DNA of 64,000 bases from Escherichia coli (GTDB lineage Bacteria > Pseudomonadota > Gammaproteobacteria > Enterobacterales > Enterobacteriaceae): the NCBI RefSeq assembly GCF_965641715.1, contig NZ_OZ282453.1; one strand, 5' to 3'. Below are positions 57,800-64,000 of this stretch, piece by piece. The notes below the pieces were generated by a model. The model made no database searches and was not told the DNA's origin. It saw only the letters and a program-made list of their open reading frames with translations. Positions within the stretch are counted from its first letter, which is position 1, and every line of letters begins with the position of its first letter. A program made the translations under genes and the position numbers.

Positions 57800-58963
57800 G
57801 TGGAACAGATTAATTCAAATAAAAAACATTCTAACAGAAGAAAATACTTTTCTTTATTGGCGATAGTTTTATTTATTGCGTTTTCAGGTGCTTATGCCTA
57901 TTGGTCAATGGAATTAGAAGACATGATTAGTACAGATGACGCCTATGTCACGGGGAATGCAGATCCAATTTCTGCACAAGTCTCAGGTAGTGTCACTGTA
58001 GTTAATCATAAAGATACGAACTACGTTCGACAGGGTGACATTTTAGTTTCACTGGATAAAACTGATGCCACTATCGCACTCAATAAAGCTAAAAATAATC
58101 TGGCAAATATTGTTCGGCAAACGAATAAACTGTACTTACAGGATAAACAATACAGTGCCGAAGTCGCTTCAGCACGTATTCAGTATCAACAATCTTTAGA
58201 AGATTATAACCGTCGTGTGCCTTTAGCGAAGCAGGGGGTTATTTCAAAAGAAACGCTGGAGCATACCAAAGATACGTTAATAAGTAGCAAAGCGGCATTG
58301 AATGCCGCTATCCAGGCTTATAAAGCGAATAAAGCTTTAGTAATGAACACACCATTAAACCGTCAGCCACAAGTCGTTGAAGCTGCGGATGCAACCAAAG
58401 AAGCCTGGTTGGCGCTTAAACGTACGGATATTAAGAGTCCGGTTACCGGCTATATTGCCCAGCGAAGTGTTCAGGTCGGCGAAACAGTGAGTCCCGGACA
58501 ATCGTTAATGGCTGTCGTACCAGCACGTCAAATGTGGGTTAATGCCAACTTTAAAGAAACACAACTCACGGATGTACGGATTGGTCAATCGGTCAATATT
58601 ATCAGCGATCTTTATGGTGAGAATGTTGTGTTTCATGGCCGGGTGACAGGGATCAATATGGGAACCGGCAATGCGTTCTCCTTATTACCTGCACAAAATG
58701 CGACAGGGAACTGGATCAAAATCGTTCAGCGTGTACCGGTTGAAGTTTCTCTTGATCCAAAAGAACTCATGGAACACCCCTTGCGCATTGGTTTATCGAT
58801 GACTGCAACTATTGATACGAAGAACGAAGACATTACTGAGATGCCTGAGCTGGCTTCAACCGTGACGTCCATGCCGGCTTATACCAGTAAGGCTTTAGTT
58901 ATCGATACCAGTCCGATAGAAAAAGAAATTAGCAACATTATTTCGCATAATGGACAACTTTAA
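57800..58963 (+). CDS. emrK: Multidrug efflux membrane fusion protein (GTG start as read)
   Basis: 387-aa ORF (M)EQINSNKKHSNRRKYFSLLAIVLFIAF..., HlyD-family. Confidence 0.9.
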   Translation: MEQINSNKKHSNRRKYFSLLAIVLFIAFSGAYAYWSMELEDMISTDDAYVTGNADPISAQVSGSVTVVNHKDTNYVRQGDILVSLDKTDATIALNKAKNNLANIVRQTNKLYLQDKQYSAEVASARIQYQQSLEDYNRRVPLAKQGVISKETLEHTKDTLISSKAALNAAIQAYKANKALVMNTPLNRQPQVVEAADATKEAWLALKRTDIKSPVTGYIAQRSVQVGETVSPGQSLMAVVPARQMWVNANFKETQLTDVRIGQSVNIISDLYGENVVFHGRVTGINMGTGNAFSLLPAQNATGNWIKIVQRVPVEVSLDPKELMEHPLRIGLSMTATIDTKNEDITEMPELASTVTSMPAYTSKALVIDTSPIEKEISNIISHNGQL

Positions 58964-60501
58964 TGGCAATCACTAAATCAACTCCGGCACCATTAACCGG
59001 TGGGACGTTATGGTGCGTCACTATTGCATTGTCATTAGCGACGTTTATGCAAATGTTGGATTCCACTATTTCTAACGTCGCAATACCGACAATATCTGGC
59101 TTTCTGGGAGCATCAACAGACGAAGGTACCTGGGTTATCACTTCGTTTGGCGTAGCAAATGCCATTGCGATCCCTGTTACCGGCAGGCTGGCACAAAGAA
59201 TAGGCGAATTAAGGTTATTTTTACTTTCAGTCACTTTTTTTTCGCTGTCTTCCTTAATGTGTAGTTTATCGACCAATCTTGATGTGCTGATATTTTTTAG
59301 AGTCGTTCAGGGGTTAATGGCAGGGCCGTTAATTCCACTGTCACAGAGTTTATTATTAAGGAATTATCCACCAGAAAAAAGAACATTTGCTCTGGCATTA
59401 TGGTCAATGACCGTGATTATCGCTCCGATATGTGGGCCGATATTGGGCGGTTATATTTGTGATAACTTTAGCTGGGGTTGGATATTTTTAATCAATGTCC
59501 CTATGGGGATTATCGTCCTGACATTATGCTTAACCTTACTTAAAGGAAGAGAAACTGAGACTTCACCGGTCAAAATGAATCTACCAGGACTGACCCTGTT
59601 AGTGCTCGGTGTTGGTGGCTTGCAAATTATGCTTGATAAAGGGCGCGATCTGGATTGGTTCAACTCGAGTACAATAATAATATTAACAGTAGTATCAGTT
59701 ATTTCTCTGATCTCTTTAGTCATTTGGGAGTCGACCTCAGAGAACCCGATTCTTGATCTCAGTTTGTTTAAGTCCCGTAATTTCACCATTGGTATAGTGA
59801 GTATCACATGCGCGTATTTATTTTACTCTGGAGCGATCGTCCTTATGCCGCAGTTACTCCAGGAAACGATGGGGTATAATGCGATATGGGCCGGACTTGC
59901 TTATGCGCCCATCGGCATCATGCCACTATTAATTTCACCTTTGATAGGACGTTATGGCAACAAAATAGACATGCGGTTGTTAGTGACATTTAGTTTTTTG
60001 ATGTATGCGGTTTGCTATTACTGGCGTTCTGTGACATTTATGCCAACGATTGATTTTACAGGTATCATTTTGCCGCAGTTTTTTCAGGGATTCGCCGTTG
60101 CCTGTTTCTTTTTACCCTTAACAACGATTTCGTTTTCAGGCTTGCCAGATAATAAATTTGCCAATGCCTCGAGTATGAGTAATTTTTTTCGTACCTTGTC
60201 AGGATCAGTTGGTACGTCGTTGACAATGACGCTGTGGGGACGACGCGAATCGTTACACCATAGTCAGTTAACAGCAACCATCGATCAATTTAACCCCGTG
60301 TTTAATTCATCGTCACAAATTATGGATAAATACTATGGTTCGCTTTCAGGAGTTCTTAATGAAATTAATAATGAAATAACCCAGCAGTCACTTTCTATTT
60401 CTGCAAATGAGATTTTCCGTATGGCGGCTATTGCTTTTATCTTACTTACGGTTTTGGTGTGGTTTGCGAAACCGCCTTTTACAGCGAAAGGCGTTGGGTG
60501 A
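58963..60501 (+). CDS. emrY: Multidrug efflux MFS transporter (14-TM, EmrB-like)
   Basis: 512-aa multi-TM ORF; start overlaps the emrK stop by 1 nt. Confidence 0.93.
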   Translation: MAITKSTPAPLTGGTLWCVTIALSLATFMQMLDSTISNVAIPTISGFLGASTDEGTWVITSFGVANAIAIPVTGRLAQRIGELRLFLLSVTFFSLSSLMCSLSTNLDVLIFFRVVQGLMAGPLIPLSQSLLLRNYPPEKRTFALALWSMTVIIAPICGPILGGYICDNFSWGWIFLINVPMGIIVLTLCLTLLKGRETETSPVKMNLPGLTLLVLGVGGLQIMLDKGRDLDWFNSSTIIILTVVSVISLISLVIWESTSENPILDLSLFKSRNFTIGIVSITCAYLFYSGAIVLMPQLLQETMGYNAIWAGLAYAPIGIMPLLISPLIGRYGNKIDMRLLVTFSFLMYAVCYYWRSVTFMPTIDFTGIILPQFFQGFAVACFFLPLTTISFSGLPDNKFANASSMSNFFRTLSGSVGTSLTMTLWGRRESLHHSQLTATIDQFNPVFNSSSQIMDKYYGSLSGVLNEINNEITQQSLSISANEIFRMAAIAFILLTVLVWFAKPPFTAKGVG

Positions 60502-60608
60502 TGGTAAAAGGAGGGGGTTATAGCGGGTAAGACCGGGGATCTTAAGTCTGCGCCATCGGCAGCATCGCTCACCCAGGGAAAGGATGGCGATGCTGCGTTG
60601 AAACGTTA

Positions 60609-61937
60609 TTAACGGCCTTTTGCCAGATATTGATTCATCTCTTCTTCCGGCACCATTCCACCTCCCGTCGCCCACACCAGATGAGTGGTATTACGCAGTT
60701 GTTCTGCGCTGAAACCGTGCATCTGTTGGTAACTTACTGATGCACACACGCGCTGAGGTCCGGCCATACCCGCCAGTGCCGAAGGTTCAAGACGAATACC
60801 TTCTTCCTGCGCCAGCCAGCCAAGCATGTCATACATGGTTTGATCGCTAAGGGTATAGAAGCCATCCAGCAGACGCTCCATTGCCCGCCCGACAAAGCCT
60901 GATGCGCGACCAACTGCAAGGCCATCCGCTGCGGTAAGGTTGTCGATACCAATATCCTGAACAGAAATCTGATCGTGTAATCCTGTATGGACGCCTAACA
61001 ACATACAAGGGGAGTGCGTTGGTTCGGCAAAAAAGCAGTGAACATGATCGCCAAACGCCAGTTTAAGCCCGAATGCGACGCCACCAGGACCACCGCCAAC
61101 ACCACACGGCAGATAGACAAACAGAGGGTTATCAGCATCGACGATACGGCCTTGCTGGGCAAATTGCGCTTTAAGACGCTGGCCAGCGACGGAATACCCA
61201 AGGAACAACGTGCGGGAATTTTCGTCATCAATAAAGAAACAGTTCGGGTCAGACTGCGCTGCTTTACGTCCTTCCTCGACGGCAACACCATAATCTTGCT
61301 CATATTCCACGACCGTAACGCCATGGCTGCGCAGTTTCGCTTTTTTCCATGCCCGGGCATCAGCAGACATATGCACTGTCACCTTAAAGCCAATGCGGGC
61401 GCTCATTATGCCGATTGACAATCCCAGATTTCCGGTTGAGCCCACAGCAATGCTGTATTGGCTAAAGAACTGTTTAAACTCCTGAGAAAGCAGTTTGCTG
61501 TAGTCATCTTCAAGTGTCAGCAACCCCGCTTCCAGAGCCAGTTTTTCTGCGTGTGCCAGGACTTCATAAATCCCGCCGCGTGCTTTTATGGAGCCGGAAA
61601 TGGGCAAATGGCTATCTTTTTTCAGTAACAGTTGCCCGCTGATCGGTTGTTGATATTCCTTTTCCAGCCGTTTTTGCATAGCCGGAATGGCAACCAGTTC
61701 TGATTCAATAATCCCCCCAGTGGCAGCAGTTTCAGGAAATGCTTTTGCCAGATAGGGTGCAAAACGGGATAAGCGCGCATGGGCGTCCTGAACATCCTGT
61801 TCGGTCAGGCCAACATAAGGTAAACCTTCAGCCAATGAGGTCGTGCCAGGATTAAACCAGGTGGTTTCTTTAAGAGCAACCAGATCCTTTACCAACGGAT
61901 ACTGGGCGATGAGCGAGTTCATTTTAGCGTTTTCCAT
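60609..61937 (-). CDS. dsdA: D-serine dehydratase (PLP-dependent)
   Basis: 442-aa [34 protein letters not shown]... with PLP lysine region (SGSIKARGG). Confidence 0.96.
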   Translation of the reverse strand: MENAKMNSLIAQYPLVKDLVALKETTWFNPGTTSLAEGLPYVGLTEQDVQDAHARLSRFAPYLAKAFPETAATGGIIESELVAIPAMQKRLEKEYQQPISGQLLLKKDSHLPISGSIKARGGIYEVLAHAEKLALEAGLLTLEDDYSKLLSQEFKQFFSQYSIAVGSTGNLGLSIGIMSARIGFKVTVHMSADARAWKKAKLRSHGVTVVEYEQDYGVAVEEGRKAAQSDPNCFFIDDENSRTLFLGYSVAGQRLKAQFAQQGRIVDADNPLFVYLPCGVGGGPGGVAFGLKLAFGDHVHCFFAEPTHSPCMLLGVHTGLHDQISVQDIGIDNLTAADGLAVGRASGFVGRAMERLLDGFYTLSDQTMYDMLGWLAQEEGIRLEPSALAGMAGPQRVCASVSYQQMHGFSAEQLRNTTHLVWATGGGMVPEEEMNQYLAKGR

Positions 61938-61954
61938 AGTACGTCTCTTTGCGC

Positions 61955-63292
61955 TTAGATGATAAATGACAGCAGGAATGTGCCCGCCAGAGCGACGACT
62001 GAAGCGATAAATGTCGCTGTCGTATAGTATTTAAATGTTTCATTGAGCGTAGCGCCGCAATATTGCTTCACCAGCCAGAAAAGCGAGTCCGTAACGATCG
62101 TGCAGCCAATTGCGCCTGAACCGATAGCAATCGCAATAATTTCCGGGCTGATGTCGGGATACAGCGGCAGCATGGGTGCAACAATTGCCGTTGCCCCCAT
62201 CATTGCCACGGTAGCGGAGCCCACTGCAGCATGCAGAATAAGAGCCACTAACCAGGCCAGAAGAATCGGGTGCATATGCATATTGGAGAGAATCACTGCC
62301 AGCGTATCAGCGAGACTGCTGCTTTTTAAAATGGCGTTGAATGCGCCTCCTGCCCCGATAATCAGCAAAATATTAGCAATAGAACCGAAGCCATTTTCCG
62401 TATGTGTGAGCATCGTACCCATGCTCATATGCTGGCGTATACCCAACACATAATAGGCGACAAACACGGCGATAAACATGGCAGTGATAGGGTTGCCAAT
62501 AAACTCAAGCAAGATATACAAACCACTCTCACGCGCCATATTCAATTCGGCAATCGTTTTAACCAACATCAGCGCAATGGGTAGCAGTATGGTGAATAAC
62601 GTTGCGCATAATGACGGTAGTGTTTTTTCATCGCGAACTTTGAGATCGGCAAACTCTGTGGGTACAGGTTTAAAGGGCAGTCGTTGACCCAGAAATTTAA
62701 GGAAAAGTGGGCCACCGATCAGTGATGCCATCAGCCCAACCAGCAAACCGTAGACGATCACCGAACCGATATCTGCGCCCAGCTTATTGGCAACATATAA
62801 AGCAGCCGGATGTGGGGGAACCACGCAGTGCACTGCCATCAATGCGGTACACAGCGGAATGGCCAGCTTTAACAATGAGGTATTGGTTTTTTTGGCAATT
62901 GAAAAAGCCAGAGGAATCAATAGCACGACGCCCACTTCAACAAACAGCGTGATGCCGCAAATCAGGCCAACCAGCACCATAATGACATCAGCCGAAAGCC
63001 AGCGGCAGCGTTGAAGTGTCAGACCAATTCTTTCTGCGGCCCCGGATACTTCCATCATTTTTCCCAGTATCGTGCCAAGGCCGATAACCGCAGCAAGGAA
63101 CCCCAGCGTTCCGCCAATTCCACTTTCAATAGCATTTACCATATCCAGTGGCCCCATGCCCATCATCGTTCCCACGAAGAAGCTGGCCAGTAACAGCGCC
63201 AGAAACGGGTGGAATTTGAACTTCACGATGGTCAGTACAATTAACACGATGCTGATAAGCAGCGTGCTCACAACCCAGATTTGAGAGTGCAT
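61955..63292 (-). CDS. dsdX: D-serine transporter (GntP family)
   Basis: 445-aa multi-TM ORF immediately upstream of dsdA. Confidence 0.93.
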   Translation of the reverse strand: MHSQIWVVSTLLISIVLIVLTIVKFKFHPFLALLLASFFVGTMMGMGPLDMVNAIESGIGGTLGFLAAVIGLGTILGKMMEVSGAAERIGLTLQRCRWLSADVIMVLVGLICGITLFVEVGVVLLIPLAFSIAKKTNTSLLKLAIPLCTALMAVHCVVPPHPAALYVANKLGADIGSVIVYGLLVGLMASLIGGPLFLKFLGQRLPFKPVPTEFADLKVRDEKTLPSLCATLFTILLPIALMLVKTIAELNMARESGLYILLEFIGNPITAMFIAVFVAYYVLGIRQHMSMGTMLTHTENGFGSIANILLIIGAGGAFNAILKSSSLADTLAVILSNMHMHPILLAWLVALILHAAVGSATVAMMGATAIVAPMLPLYPDISPEIIAIAIGSGAIGCTIVTDSLFWLVKQYCGATLNETFKYYTTATFIASVVALAGTFLLSFII

Positions 63293-63509
63293 ATCTCACC
63301 TTCCCCTGTGATTAATCTGATGATATTGGACAAAAAAACAATGCAGGCTGACAAACGATAAAATTTGCCTTTCACATGAGACAAATTGCATCAAGGGAGT
63401 GATTTACATCTAAAAATGAAGTTAAATTGAGATATGGTTCACTTTAGCTCACCTTACAGCTGAAATTTTGCCGCTATTTTTTTACACTTAAGAGAAAAAT
63501 GAGGTGATT

Positions 63510-64000
63510 ATGGAACCCCTTCGTGAAATAAGAAATCGACTGCTTAACGGCTGGCAACTATCAAAACTGCATACTTTTGAAGTGGCTGCCAGGCATCAGT
63601 CCTTCGCCCTGGCGGCAGAGGAATTGTCGCTGAGCCCCAGTGCGGTAAGTCACCGTATCAATCAGCTGGAAGAAGAATTGGGTATTCAGTTGTTTGTTCG
63701 TTCCCATCGCAAAGTGGAATTAACGCACGAGGGGAAACGCGTTTATTGGGCGCTAAAATCGTCGCTGGATACCCTGAACCAGGAAATTCTTGATATCAAA
63801 AATCAGGAGTTATCGGGAACGTTAACTCTGTATTCCCGGCCCTCTATCGCTCAATGCTGGTTGGTGCCCGCATTAGGTGACTTTACACGCCGCTATCCGT
63901 CTATTTCGCTCACCGTGCTCACTGGTAATGACAATGTCAATTTGCAACGTGCCGGAATCGATTTGGCGATCTACTTTGATGATGCGCCGTCAGCGCAACT
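63510..64000 (+). CDS. dsdC: LysR-family activator of dsdXA, N-terminal part; 3' end beyond window end
   Basis: ATG at 63510 gives MEPLREIRNRLLNGWQLSKLHTFEVAARHQSFALAAEELSLSPSAVSHRINQLEE... (LysR HTH); open to the window edge; divergent from dsdX. Confidence 0.88.
   Translation, partial: MEPLREIRNRLLNGWQLSKLHTFEVAARHQSFALAAEELSLSPSAVSHRINQLEEELGIQLFVRSHRKVELTHEGKRVYWALKSSLDTLNQEILDIKNQELSGTLTLYSRPSIAQCWLVPALGDFTRRYPSISLTVLTGNDNVNLQRAGIDLAIYFDDAPSAQ

Noticed and set aside
60502-60608. Possible hairpin (cagcatcgc...gcgatgctg) between emrY and dsdA
   Set aside because: Stem separated by a loop of about 21 nt with no U-tract; not convincing as an intrinsic terminator.

Overview
This 64-kb window reads as one contiguous stretch of an Escherichia coli chromosome with K-12-like gene order, running from murQ (partial) to dsdC (partial). 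Calls rest on reading the supplied ORF translations and the sequence itself against recalled E. coli proteins and motifs; no database search was run. In order: murQ/murR/ucpA, the sulfate/thiosulfate cluster cysPUWAM, yfeK, pdxK, crr-ptsI-ptsH, cysK, cysZ, zipA, ligA, ypeB, yfeH, yfeR, a small FlxA-like ORF, the valU-valX-valY-lysV tRNA operon, gltX, yfeD/yfeC, two tRNA-Ala genes, pdeA (yfeA), one IS186 copy, nupC, mntH, ypeC, yfeO, glk, the cryptic fry PTS operon, ypdCBA, alaC, ypdK, lpxP, yfdY, ypdI, yfdX, frc-oxc-yfdV-yfdE, evgSA, emrKY and dsdAX-dsdC. Almost every ORF of meaningful size is a previously described gene, and I find no convincing evidence of an undescribed multi-gene system. 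The most notable items are: (1) a 113-aa FlxA-like ORF with a sigma28-type promoter at the yfeR/lysV junction, where I recall K-12 carrying yfeN-xapABR; (2) IS186 inserted into the stem of the pdeA/nupC intergenic terminator with a visible target-site duplication; (3) a visibly AT-rich block from yfdY to emrY (EvgAS acid-resistance region); (4) cysM and yfeK converging with 2 bp between stop codons, with no yfeS-like ORF. Long ORFs antisense to GC-rich genes in the six-frame track are treated as artefacts.
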